Assembly (NCBI GenBank): GCA_029939015.1
Contig: JAOZTV010000001.1
Coordinates: forward strand, 1-39,482
Direction of reading: 5' to 3'
Length of the DNA: 39,482 bases
From: Candidatus Aminicenantes bacterium
Lineage (GTDB): Bacteria > Acidobacteriota > Aminicenantia > UBA2199
The position numbers were made by a program, and so were the translations under genes. Shown one piece after another: positions 25,891 to 35,261 of this stretch (its first letter is position 1; each line of letters starts with the position of its first letter). The notes beneath the pieces were generated by a model. The model ran no database searches, was not told the origin of the DNA, and worked only from the letters and a program-made list of their open reading frames with translations.

Positions 25891-28255
25891 AATGGAAAAT
25901 AGAATAAAACAACTGAGAAAAAAAAGTATAGATGCAATTGCAACTATATCTTCTGAAAGGGCAGAATTACTTACAAAATTCTATAAAACAAAAGAAGCAT
26001 TAAAATCATCAATACCAGTACAGAGGGGTCTTGCTTTTAAATATCTGATGGATAATAAAACACTTTTTATTGATGACGGAGAGTTGATAGTTGGTGAGAG
26101 GGGGCCTGTTCCCAAAGCTACTCCTACATATCCTGAAATATGTTCTCATACTATTGAAGATCTAAAAATGCTCGATACAAGAGAAAAAGTTTCATATAAA
26201 GTTGATGATTATGTTAAAGAAGTTTATAAAAAAGAAATGATCCCCTTCTGGAAAGGAAGAAGTCTTAGAGATAAGATATTTGATGCATTGGATGAAAACT
26301 GGAAAAAAGCTTATAAAGCAGGTGTTTATACTGAATTTCAGGAACAGAGAGCTCCTGGCCATACTGTCTGCGGTGATAAGATCTATAAAAAAGGTTTTAA
26401 AGATCTTAAACATGAGATCAAAGAAGAAATTGAAAAACTTAATTTTTTAAATGATGATTCAGCATTTGATAAACGTGAAGAGTTGATAGCTATGAATTAT
26501 GCAGCAGATGGTATGATCAATTATGCAAAAAGATATTCAAAAGAACTTGCCAACCTAGCAAAAACTGAAAAAAACAATGAGCGTAAGCTTGAATTTGAAA
26601 TGATGGCAAAAATATGCAATAAAGTGCCTGAGTCTCCACCTGAAACATTCTGGGAAGCACTCCAGACTTACTGGTTCATTCATCTTGGAGTAATAACAGA
26701 ATATAATACTTGGGATTCATTTAATCCCGGGAGACTTGATCAGCACCTTTATCCATTTTATAAAAAAGAAATTGAAGAGGGAACACTGACAGAAAAAAAA
26801 GCAAGAGAATTATTAAAAGCATTCTGGATCAAATTCAATAATCACCCTGCACCTCCAAAGGTTGGTATTACCGCAAAGGAAAGTAGTACTTATACTGACT
26901 TTTGTTTGATTAATTTAGGAGGGCTTAACAAAGATGGTAGTGATGCTGTAAACGAACTTTCTTATATTATTCTGGATATTATTGAAGAGATGAAACTGCT
27001 ACAACCCAGTTCTATGGTCCAACTCAGTAAAAAAAATCCGGACAGATTTATCAAAACAGCTCTAAAGGTGGTTAAAAGAGGTTATGGTCAACCATCAATT
27101 TTTAATACTGATACAATAATACAACAAATGATCAGACAGGGAAAAACTATTGAAGATGCAAGAGAAGGCGGTGCTAGTGGATGTGTTGAGACAGGTGCCT
27201 TTGGCAGAGAGGCTTATTTTCTAACAGGTTATTTTAATCTTACCAAAGTTCTTGAGATAACACTTCATAATGGGACAGATCCACAAAATGGTGAGATTAT
27301 AGGACTTAAAACAGGCCAAGCAACTGAATTCAATGATTTTGAAGACTTAATGAAAGCATTCGAAAAACAATTAAATTATTTTATTGATTTAAAGATCCGT
27401 GGCAATAACATGATAGAAAGTTTCTATTCAAGACTCATGCCGGCTCCTTTTCTTTCCCTGCTTATCGATGACTGTATAAAAAACGGGAAAGATTATAATG
27501 CAGGTGGGGCAAGATATAATACGTCTTATATACAGGGTGTAGGTATGGGAACAATTTCAGATTCTCTTGCTTCAATCAAAAAAAATATATTTGAAGATAA
27601 AACCCTTTCCATGGACAAACTTCTTAAAGTATTGGACAGTAATTTTGATGGATTCAACGATATACATGCCTTATTTAAAGAAGATAGCCCCAAATATGGA
27701 AATGATGATGATTATGTTGACCAGATAAGTAAGAGAGTATTTGAGCTTTTTTTTAAAGCTGTTGATGGCAGACCAAATTTCAGAGGAGGTTATCATAGAA
27801 TAAATCTACTTCCAACTACTGTTCATGTCTATTTTGGTTCTGTGCTTGGTGCTCTGCCTGATGGTAAGAGAGCTCGGGAACCTATCTCAGAAGGTATTTC
27901 TCCAGTACAAGGTAGTGACAGGAATGGACCTACAGCAGTTATTAAAAGTGCTGCAAAGCTTGACCATATAAGAACAGGAGGAACACTTCTTAACCAGAAA
28001 TTTGCACCTGAATTTTTTGATGATGAAGAATCAATTAGCAAACTTGCTCATCTTGTAAGGTCTTATTTTAGACTTGATGGTCATCACATACAGTTCAATG
28101 TTGTAACTGCAGATCTGCTTAGAAAAGCACAGAAGGAGCCTAAAAAATATCCTGAACTAATAGTGAGAGTAGCTGGTTATAGTGATTATTTCAAAGATCT
28201 GGGAGAAGACCTTCAGAATGAAATAATAAGACGGACTGAACATAAGGAATTCTAA
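25883..28255 (+). CDS. hypD: glycyl radical enzyme, most likely trans-4-hydroxy-L-proline dehydratase
   Basis: Glycyl radical motif RVAGYSDYF and Cys loop GASGCVETG. Counting from the GTG at 25883, F152, H160, D278, S334, F340, C434, E436, Y450, T645 and G765 fall on the residues I recall as the HypD active site. The ATG at 25892, preceded by AGGTGG, may be the true start. Confidence 0.7.
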   Translation: MDKMENRIKQLRKKSIDAIATISSERAELLTKFYKTKEALKSSIPVQRGLAFKYLMDNKTLFIDDGELIVGERGPVPKATPTYPEICSHTIEDLKMLDTREKVSYKVDDYVKEVYKKEMIPFWKGRSLRDKIFDALDENWKKAYKAGVYTEFQEQRAPGHTVCGDKIYKKGFKDLKHEIKEEIEKLNFLNDDSAFDKREELIAMNYAADGMINYAKRYSKELANLAKTEKNNERKLEFEMMAKICNKVPESPPETFWEALQTYWFIHLGVITEYNTWDSFNPGRLDQHLYPFYKKEIEEGTLTEKKARELLKAFWIKFNNHPAPPKVGITAKESSTYTDFCLINLGGLNKDGSDAVNELSYIILDIIEEMKLLQPSSMVQLSKKNPDRFIKTALKVVKRGYGQPSIFNTDTIIQQMIRQGKTIEDAREGGASGCVETGAFGREAYFLTGYFNLTKVLEITLHNGTDPQNGEIIGLKTGQATEFNDFEDLMKAFEKQLNYFIDLKIRGNNMIESFYSRLMPAPFLSLLIDDCIKNGKDYNAGGARYNTSYIQGVGMGTISDSLASIKKNIFEDKTLSMDKLLKVLDSNFDGFNDIHALFKEDSPKYGNDDDYVDQISKRVFELFFKAVDGRPNFRGGYHRINLLPTTVHVYFGSVLGALPDGKRAREPISEGISPVQGSDRNGPTAVIKSAAKLDHIRTGGTLLNQKFAPEFFDDEESISKLAHLVRSYFRLDGHHIQFNVVTADLLRKAQKEPKKYPELIVRVAGYSDYFKDLGEDLQNEIIRRTEHKEF

Positions 28256-28265
28256 TAGATCTTTA

Positions 28266-29726
28266 TTATTCTATTTTTTCAATTCTTTTAATACCCTTAC
28301 TTGTAAGGACAATCCTGTATCTATTATAGAAAAATTTTTCATTTTTTGTGATTTTTGTAATCATATTTATGTGATAAACCCTGTCGGCATTAATTTCTTT
28401 TCTTTTTTTATCATCTATTAAATATATTTTTTTATAGGGATTATCCATTTTATTAAGAAATCTACTAATATTAAATCTTACAATATCATTAATACCTTCT
28501 ATATGGCTATTGTTAAATACTTTTTTTAGTTTTTTTGAGAAAAGAATAACCTGTTTTCTATATAAAATAACTTTTTCCCCCATCCATTTATTATCAACCT
28601 GAGTAATGAATTCTTTTTTCCTCATTTGTTTAATTTCAAATGGTAAACTGATTTCCTTTATAAAATTAACTCCATCTCTATATTTTCCAATTTTCTCATT
28701 TTTATCACTGAATATGCCTACATTATGATCAAAACTAAATTTCATGATCTTGCCTACTAAATATAAACGGGTAAGCTCTTTAATCCTATCTTTAAAAATA
28801 TACCCAACAACAAGAAATGAAAAAAAAGGAAGAGTTAGATTTCCATATTTTTCCTGGGCATAAAAAGCAATTAAAGTTGCAAAAACCATTGAAAGACCTG
28901 CTGCAAATCCTATAAGTAGCTGCTCAAGTATTTTTCCTTCAGGCTTCCAGTTTGTGTCTAAAAACAGGGCACTGCTTATATATTTTTTTAGAACACCTCT
29001 CTTAAATACAAGTGCTTCATTGTCTTTTTCTTTACCAGGCATTGGATGGAAATTATTTTTTATTCTATAGTTTAATTCATCCTGAATTAATTCCTTAAGT
29101 CTGTTATCTGCAATTTTAATTCTATCATTTCCTAAACTCTCAAGAATTTTTAAAACCTTAATGCAATAATATTCAATATTATGACTTATAAATTCATCAC
29201 CTAATTTATAAATTGTAATTGATTTTTCACTTATAGTTGGACGATTAATTAAATTTAATAATTTTCTAAACTGTAATAAAATATTGTCAATATTATTTAT
29301 AAAATCGTCAATCAAAATATTAATATCTTTTTTCCTATTCCTTTTTAAAAACTTAATATTATCCCTTAAAGAGCTTTTTATAATACTGCATATTGTTTTA
29401 ATATTATATTCAAAACTTTCTTTTGTCTCCCGATCATTTTTTTTTACAAGCTCAGCTATACTCTCTTTTAAATGATATATAGGCGAATCATCTCCGTCTA
29501 TAATCTGGTCCAATAAAAAAGTTGGGGTTTTTAATCGCAAATGTCCCTGAATATCTTTATAAAAAATTTCTTTTGTATATGTTTGTCTATTAATGCCAAG
29601 ACTTTCTGGAATAAAGAAATAACTTTCTATATTGTATTGCGTTTTTTTCTTATGCTTACTAATTTTATATCCGTATTTTATTTCAATTTGATTATTGTCA
29701 TGAATTTTTACTCTTCGTTCTAGCAT
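28266..29726 (-). CDS. hypothetical protein with two central TM helices (unrecognised family)
   Basis: 486-aa ORF with SD (AGGAG) and ATG. It has a K/I/N-rich soluble N-domain of about 270 aa, then two adjacent TM segments (LLIGFAAGLSMVFATLIAFYA and LTLPFFSFLVVGYIF), then a C-domain of about 170 aa. I recognise no catalytic motif. Confidence 0.6.
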   Translation of the reverse strand: MLERRVKIHDNNQIEIKYGYKISKHKKKTQYNIESYFFIPESLGINRQTYTKEIFYKDIQGHLRLKTPTFLLDQIIDGDDSPIYHLKESIAELVKKNDRETKESFEYNIKTICSIIKSSLRDNIKFLKRNRKKDINILIDDFINNIDNILLQFRKLLNLINRPTISEKSITIYKLGDEFISHNIEYYCIKVLKILESLGNDRIKIADNRLKELIQDELNYRIKNNFHPMPGKEKDNEALVFKRGVLKKYISSALFLDTNWKPEGKILEQLLIGFAAGLSMVFATLIAFYAQEKYGNLTLPFFSFLVVGYIFKDRIKELTRLYLVGKIMKFSFDHNVGIFSDKNEKIGKYRDGVNFIKEISLPFEIKQMRKKEFITQVDNKWMGEKVILYRKQVILFSKKLKKVFNNSHIEGINDIVRFNISRFLNKMDNPYKKIYLIDDKKRKEINADRVYHINMITKITKNEKFFYNRYRIVLTSKGIKRIEKIE

Positions 29727-29749
29727 AAGTACTCCTATTTAAGCATTTA

Positions 29750-29758
29750 ATTATACCA
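29750..29758 (-). promoter_or_regulatory. candidate extended -10 element (TGgTATAAT) for the 486-aa ORF
   Basis: The minus strand reads ...TTTAATGGTATAATTAAATGCTTAAATAGGAGTACTTATG. TGnTATAAT lies about 24 nt upstream of the ATG. There is no clear -35. Confidence 0.3.
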
Positions 29759-29810
29759 TTAAATAGTTAAATTTAATACTTAGGTTTTATTTCAAAAAGA
29801 TAATTCTTCT

Positions 29811-31337
29811 TTACCAGTCAATTGGAAAATAATCTTTGAGAAATTTTCCACACCAGTGTTTTTTTGTATTTATTCCATCAAAAAATGGGTCACATACCCT
29901 TGCGGCTCCATCAACTATATCTAATGGTGGTTGAAAATCGTGAACATCTTCTTTGAATTTTGATAATTGTACAGGGTCTTCATCTGTTACCCAGCCTGTG
30001 TCTATTGCATTCATATAAATCCCATAATCTGCAAACTCTCTTGCCGAAGTATGTGTCAACATATTAAGAGCTGCCTTAGCCATATTTGTATGTGGGTGTC
30101 TTTCGCTTTTTTTAAATCTTTTAAATTTACCTTCCATTGCCGAAACATTAACAATATGTTTCTGCCATGTATTATCCTTTTTCATTAAAGGTGCAAGTTT
30201 ATTACATAAAACAAATGGAGCAACGGCATTAACGAGCTGTATTTCAAGCATTTCAGCAGTTTGTATCTCTCCTAATTTAAGTCTCCAGCTATTGGTTGTT
30301 CTCAAATCAACCTGTTGTAAATCGGCATCTAATTTACCCTTTGGAAATACTTTTGCAGTTGATAAGGCATTATCATAGGCATAAGGAATTTGAGATAATT
30401 TTGCAGATTCTCTTAGTCCAATTCCTGGAAGTTTTCCATGCCATGAAACTGGAAGACTTGCGTCCTGTGCAGGGGCAATTAATGAATTAATTTTATTTAC
30501 ACAATTATTATAATTTTTCATTAATTTTTGTACATCCTCTGAATGCTCTTCTATCTCTTTTGTTTCATTTTCCATTAAATGAGTATAGAATCCCGGTGGA
30601 CGACGTACGGTTTGAGCTGCATTATTTATTAAGATATCCAATCTGTCAAAATTTTGTTCAATATTATCACAAAAAATTTCAACACTTGGAGTATGTCTTA
30701 AATCAAGTCCGTATATATGTAGTCTATTTTCCCATTCTTTAAAATCTTTCTCTTTAGCATATCTGATTGCTGAATCAGCAGGAAAACGTGTAGTTGCAAT
30801 AACTATAGCCCCTGCCCTTAACATCATTAAGGTTGACTGATAACCTATCTTTAGCCTTGAGCCTGTAATTAATGCAACCTGACCGGTTAAATCGGCAGTT
30901 TGATACCTTTTATTATAATTGAAATCTGCACATTTAGGACACATTGAATCATAAAAAAAATGCAGTTGGGTAAATTCTGCCTTACAGACATAACAATTTC
31001 TGGGTGAATGTAATTCTTCCAGTTTTGTTTGTTCAGAGCTTTCAGCTAATTGTTTTGGAAAGGTAAAGACAGCATCTTCCCTTGCCTGACGAATTCCTGT
31101 TGCTGCCCTTGCCTTTCGTTCTGAAAATGTAATTCTCTGTTTACGTACCTTTCTTCTTGCCTTATTACGTTCGTTAATTAATTCCTTATCTGGTCTTGAA
31201 AGGCGTCCTGCTGCTTTCTTCAATTCAATTTGCTGTTCAATTGACAAGGAAATAAAATCTTCACTTTTATTTACAAGATGAGTAAGTATATTAATACAAT
31301 TATTTATTTCATCTTTATTATATTTTATATTTTTCAC
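29811..31337 (-). CDS. long SDR-family oxidoreductase with N-terminal basic region and CxxC...CxxC zinc ribbon
   Basis: Rossmann motif [18 protein letters not shown], and VSAMEG...[11 protein letters not shown]...DTGWV, which is SDR-like. The N-terminal ~150 aa hold an Arg/Lys-rich stretch and CYVCKAEF-x-...-CPKCADFNY. Confidence 0.7.
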   Translation of the reverse strand: MKNIKYNKDEINNCINILTHLVNKSEDFISLSIEQQIELKKAAGRLSRPDKELINERNKARRKVRKQRITFSERKARAATGIRQAREDAVFTFPKQLAESSEQTKLEELHSPRNCYVCKAEFTQLHFFYDSMCPKCADFNYNKRYQTADLTGQVALITGSRLKIGYQSTLMMLRAGAIVIATTRFPADSAIRYAKEKDFKEWENRLHIYGLDLRHTPSVEIFCDNIEQNFDRLDILINNAAQTVRRPPGFYTHLMENETKEIEEHSEDVQKLMKNYNNCVNKINSLIAPAQDASLPVSWHGKLPGIGLRESAKLSQIPYAYDNALSTAKVFPKGKLDADLQQVDLRTTNSWRLKLGEIQTAEMLEIQLVNAVAPFVLCNKLAPLMKKDNTWQKHIVNVSAMEGKFKRFKKSERHPHTNMAKAALNMLTHTSAREFADYGIYMNAIDTGWVTDEDPVQLSKFKEDVHDFQPPLDIVDGAARVCDPFFDGINTKKHWCGKFLKDYFPIDW

Positions 31338-31354
31338 TTATAGTCCTTTATATA

Positions 31355-32014
31355 TTAATTATTTTTCTTAAGAAAATCTTCAATGTCTTTGTCTGAGCCA
31401 AATACAAAAAGTATATCACTTTCCTTAATGATAAAATCTGCGCCTGGGTTAGGTATCATTCTTTCGGGTATTATTGACCTTATAGCTATTATTGTAATAT
31501 TAAATTTTTTTCTAATTTCTAATTCTGATAAACTCTTTCCATAAAATACTTCCGGAGATGCAATTTCCTGAATAGAGTAACCGGAATCAAATGGAAGATA
31601 ATCAATTAGATTTGTAAAACTTAACATTTTTGCTGTTTTTATACCGGCATCTCTCTCTGGATATGATATTTCTGTTGCACCAACGAGTTTAAGTATTCGT
31701 TCATGATCTTCAGAAAGTGCCTTTGCAATAATGTTCTTTACACCCATCTCTTTTAATATATTAACAATTAGAATACTCGATTCAAGAGTGGGACCTGTTG
31801 AAACTATTACCGTATCGACCTTATCAATTTCAACGGATTGTAAATTTCCTTTTTTTGTGGCATCCATCACAAGAGGTAAGGTTACAAACTCTTTTATATC
31901 TGAAATTTTCTTTTCATCTATATCGATGGCAATACTTTCTATTCCTTCTTCTGAAAGCGTCTTTAATACACTTATACCAAAACTGCTTAATCCGATTAAA
32001 GCTATTTTTTTCAT
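31355..32014 (-). CDS. trkA: TrkA/KtrA-family potassium uptake regulatory subunit (RCK N+C)
   Basis: MKKIALIGLSSFG Rossmann start followed by a C-terminal RCK_C (...IPNPGADFIIKESDILFVFG). Lies 12 nt downstream of trkH. Confidence 0.8.
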   Translation of the reverse strand: MKKIALIGLSSFGISVLKTLSEEGIESIAIDIDEKKISDIKEFVTLPLVMDATKKGNLQSVEIDKVDTVIVSTGPTLESSILIVNILKEMGVKNIIAKALSEDHERILKLVGATEISYPERDAGIKTAKMLSFTNLIDYLPFDSGYSIQEIASPEVFYGKSLSELEIRKKFNITIIAIRSIIPERMIPNPGADFIIKESDILFVFGSDKDIEDFLKKNN

Positions 32015-32026
32015 TCCATTCTCCTT

Positions 32027-33355
32027 TTAGCCTACCATTATATCCTCTTCAGGATAATCATAAACCCCTTTATCCTCTCTTTTACTCATTGCAATAATAA
32101 AGGTTATTGGACCTACCCTACCAATAAACATCAATAAGGCAAGAACAAATTTTGATAATATAGACAATTTTGCTGTTACTCCCATACTTAGACCTACAGT
32201 TCCAAATGCTGATACAGTTTCAAATAAGAGATCATATATTTCAATTTCATGATTATTAGTTTCAATAGAAGAGAGAATAAAGAAGAAAACTGAAACTATT
32301 AAAAAGCTCAGGAAAATTATCAAAAAGGATTTTTCTATGATTTTTGTAGAAATACTTCGATAAAACATCGTAACCTTATCTTTACGTAAGAAAAGAGATT
32401 TTATATATGCTAAGCCAACACTTATAGTAGAAGTTTTGACACCGCCACCAGTTGAACCTGGAGATGCTCCTATAAACATTAATATCATCATAATAAAAAT
32501 TGAAGCACTTGATAATATATTAAGATTGATAGTATTAAAACCAGCTGTCCTTGTAGATATAGATTGAAATAAAGACGTTAAAAATGTTGCACCAATTGAT
32601 AATGAATTATGACCGGATAAGGTTTCTTCAAGAAAAATTATCATTGTTCCCAAAACAACAAACAGCAAACTGCTAATGAGGACTATCTTTGTATGAAGTG
32701 AAAACTTAGTAAAAGACTTTATTTCTCTTTTTATATATAAATACAATTCATTTAATACTATAAATCCAATTCCACCTGCAATTATTAAAATTGATGTAAT
32801 TATATTAACGCCAATATCATTTGTATAATTTTCAAGATTATTGCTAAATACAGAAAATCCTGCATTGCAAAAGGCAGATATTGAATGAAATATTGAAGTA
32901 AAGACACGTTCGGATGTATTTTCAATATCAAATTGAAAAAAGAATAAGATGGCTCCAATAAATTCAAACGCAAAGGTAAAAATAAATATTTTTTTAACCA
33001 GATTTTTTACATTCTTATACCTTCCAGAAAAAAAATCACCTTCAATAATTGTTTTGTCTGATGTTGAAATAGATCCTCCAGCAAGCAAAATTAAAAGAGT
33101 TGAAAAGGTCATAAAGCCAAGTCCACCGAGTTGTAATAGTATTAAGATGGTTAATTGCCCGATAAATGTAAAGTCTTTCTCTGTGTCCTTAACTATTAAA
33201 CCGGTTACAGTCACAGCAGATGCAGCTGTGAAAAAAGCATCAGGAAAACTAATTTTTTCTTCAATTGTTGAGAAAGGAAGTGAAAGAATCAATGAACCGA
33301 TTAGTATTGCAAAAACAAAGGTAGAAAGAATTAAAAAGGCCATAGATTTTTTCAT
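32027..33355 (-). CDS. trkH: TrkH/KtrB-family potassium transporter membrane subunit
   Basis: 442 aa, polytopic. Repeated pore-loop-like motifs (VTVTGL, CNAGFS, RTAGFN, GTVGLSMG). Confidence 0.85.
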   Translation of the reverse strand: MKKSMAFLILSTFVFAILIGSLILSLPFSTIEEKISFPDAFFTAASAVTVTGLIVKDTEKDFTFIGQLTILILLQLGGLGFMTFSTLLILLAGGSISTSDKTIIEGDFFSGRYKNVKNLVKKIFIFTFAFEFIGAILFFFQFDIENTSERVFTSIFHSISAFCNAGFSVFSNNLENYTNDIGVNIITSILIIAGGIGFIVLNELYLYIKREIKSFTKFSLHTKIVLISSLLFVVLGTMIIFLEETLSGHNSLSIGATFLTSLFQSISTRTAGFNTINLNILSSASIFIMMILMFIGASPGSTGGGVKTSTISVGLAYIKSLFLRKDKVTMFYRSISTKIIEKSFLIIFLSFLIVSVFFFILSSIETNNHEIEIYDLLFETVSAFGTVGLSMGVTAKLSILSKFVLALLMFIGRVGPITFIIAMSKREDKGVYDYPEEDIMVG

Positions 33356-33879
33356 TCTATATTACCTCCATAAGTCCAATATGTAAATAATACCTTTCCA
33401 ATAATTCTTTCTTTTTCAATAACACCATAATTCCTGGAATCCTTACTTAATTCTCTATTATCGCCAATTAAATAAAAACTATTCTTTGGTATTTTTATCA
33501 AATTAAGGTTTTTTGGGTCTTTTATAATTTCTCTTTTATCGATTTTCTTTAAAAATGGTTCATTTAATTTTTTTCCATTAATGAAAATTACATTTTGTCT
33601 TATTTCAATAGTCTCTTCAGGCGTACCTATTATTCTCTTTATCGACAATGATTTATTATCTGAATTTTTATTAAAAATAATAATATCAAATCTATTGAAA
33701 GAGTAATTTCCATTAGTTTTTCTTATGAAAATCCTGTCTAATTCTTTAAATTCAGGCTCCATAGACTTGCCATTAATTGTATAAATAAAATAATAATTAT
33801 TAAAAATAATGAAAACTACACTTGCTGAAATACTTATGCCAGTAAGAATATAAATCAATCTTTTTCTCTTAAAAATCAT
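33352..33879 (-). CDS. lepB: signal peptidase I
   Basis: N-terminal TM segment. Catalytic Ser motif NGKSMEPEF, RIIGTPEE, and GDNRELSKDSRNYG. ATGA-type overlap with trkH. Confidence 0.85.
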   Translation of the reverse strand: MIFKRKRLIYILTGISISASVVFIIFNNYYFIYTINGKSMEPEFKELDRIFIRKTNGNYSFNRFDIIIFNKNSDNKSLSIKRIIGTPEETIEIRQNVIFINGKKLNEPFLKKIDKREIIKDPKNLNLIKIPKNSFYLIGDNRELSKDSRNYGVIEKERIIGKVLFTYWTYGGNIE

Positions 33880-33919
33880 CTATAAATATTCTATAAAATA
33901 TCAGCTTTGCTGTCAATAG

Positions 33920-33948
33920 TTGATATAAGCTCATAATTCGTGTAAAAT
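33920..33948 (+). promoter_or_regulatory. candidate sigma70-like promoter for the TPR gene(s)
   Basis: TTGATA (33920-33925), 17-nt spacer, TAAAAT (33943-33948). SD AAAGGAG lies ahead of the ATG at 33997. Confidence 0.35.
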
Positions 33949-33996
33949 ATATAATTAAAAAAATGTCGAGTAAATAACTCAACAAAAGGAGAAAAA

Positions 33997-34494
33997 ATGA
34001 AAAAATTGTTTTTAATTATGGTTATGATTTCAATTGTAACAATTCCAGTAATATCACAGGCTGGTGGTACACCTTCTTCTGATTATACTATTGCCTTAAT
34101 GAAAAAGAGTGTTGGCGAAAAAATCAAAGCGTTTGAAGGTTATGTTAAAAAATACCCTGCAACAACAAATAAATATACAAAGTTTGCATATTATTGGTTA
34201 GCAATAAATTATTTTAACGATAAAAAACTATCAAAAGCAATAAAGAATGGTTTAAAATCTGAAAAGCTTGGTGGTATTGAAGATAGTATGAAGGCTAATT
34301 TATTTTATGTCCTTGGAAGATCTTATGCATCTAAAGGTTCCTTATTCAATAAAGACAAAGCTCTTTCTTATGCAAACAAGGCAATAAAAATTGCCAAAAC
34401 TGCCAATGCTAAAAACATTATAACTCAAGCAAAAAAATCAAAAAGAAATTATCAACTCCTCCAAAACCAAGTGAAACTCCAGCTCAAAAGATGA
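33997..34494 (+). CDS. secreted TPR-like protein (frame-0 product; probably the N-terminal part of a longer protein)
   Basis: Signal peptide MKKLFLIMVMISIVTIPVISQA. TPR-like helices (YWLAINYFNDKKLSKAIKNG, LFYVLGRSYASKG...ALSYANKAIKIAK). The frame ends 57 nt after an A7 run. Confidence 0.55.
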   Translation: MKKLFLIMVMISIVTIPVISQAGGTPSSDYTIALMKKSVGEKIKAFEGYVKKYPATTNKYTKFAYYWLAINYFNDKKLSKAIKNGLKSEKLGGIEDSMKANLFYVLGRSYASKGSLFNKDKALSYANKAIKIAKTANAKNIITQAKKSKRNYQLLQNQVKLQLKR

Positions 34495-35183
34495 AGAGAT
34501 TATACTCTGATGAAGATTTTAGCGGAGTAATTTCTACTTTTAAATCTTTAAAAGGTGCAAATAAGACAGATAAAACACTTCATTTAATTTATTCAAAGTC
34601 TTTATTTAAAAATGCTAATTTCAAAAAAGCAATTATTGAATATAAAAAGATCTATAAAACAGAAAAAAAAGGTAAAAATGCAAAAAAGATTGCTGATTGT
34701 AATGCAGAGCTTGCAAAAAAATACAGAAGCAAAAAAGCTACTTATTTAAAAGAAGCTATTAAATATTATATCGAATCAGGACTTCTTTATGGAAGAGAGA
34801 GCAATAAGGCAAATAAAAAGAATGCTCTCCTTCTTGCAAAAAACATGGTATATCAAAAATACAACTTGCAGAAAAAAATAGCTGCATATAATAAAAAAAT
34901 CAAAAGTAGCAAATCATCTTCAAGCAAAAATAAAACTGCAATTAAGAATGCAGAAAGAGAATTAATGAAATTCAAAAGATATTTAAGAAGAGAATATGGT
35001 AGAGATATGACACCTCCAGCTTATGAATTAAAGAAAAAGAAAAAAATTGAAAATAAAATTAAAACTCTTAAATCAGGTGGCGGTTCAAAAGCCAATAATG
35101 GTGGAGCTGTTCTTACTGCTGAAATAAAAAAAGCAGGTGCTGAATTAGACAGCCTTATCAAACAGGCAAAAGCTAGATTATAG
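34491..35183 (+). CDS. Lys-rich TPR-like protein (probably the -1 frame continuation of 33997..34494)
   Basis: This reading frame is already open from 34413 and reads ...KKKIKKKLSTPPKPSETPAQKMKRLY..., a Pro-rich linker, before the annotated ATG. TPR-like helices follow, and there is no SD of its own. Confidence 0.5.
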   Translation: MKRLYSDEDFSGVISTFKSLKGANKTDKTLHLIYSKSLFKNANFKKAIIEYKKIYKTEKKGKNAKKIADCNAELAKKYRSKKATYLKEAIKYYIESGLLYGRESNKANKKNALLLAKNMVYQKYNLQKKIAAYNKKIKSSKSSSSKNKTAIKNAERELMKFKRYLRREYGRDMTPPAYELKKKKKIENKIKTLKSGGGSKANNGGAVLTAEIKKAGAELDSLIKQAKARL

Positions 35184-35192
35184 TATTTTAAA

Positions 35193-35226
35193 AAATAGGG
35201 ATAGTAGTAAAATATTATCCTTATTT
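35193..35226 (+). terminator. candidate intrinsic terminator after the TPR gene(s)
   Basis: 14-bp stem AAATAGGGATAGTA / TATTATCCTTATTT with two G.U pairs and loop GTAAAA, followed by TTGAGATTTTTT. Confidence 0.4.
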
Positions 35227-35261
35227 TTGAGATTTTTTAATTCTAATTTACATATAAATAC

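Noticed and set aside
29811-31337. Higher G+C of the SDR gene as evidence for horizontal transfer
   Set aside because: Hand counts of single 60-nt rows give about 37-42% here, against about 15-22% in priA and the 486-aa ORF. But acnB and hypD rows reach about 47-50%. G+C in this genome therefore tracks protein conservation, and the difference is not diagnostic of HGT.
32949-33386. 145-aa plus-strand ORF antisense to trkH, plus the 99-aa ORFs at 31731..32097 antisense to trkA/trkH
   Set aside because: These are shadow ORFs opposite well-supported transporter genes. I saw no start context and no recognisable domains.
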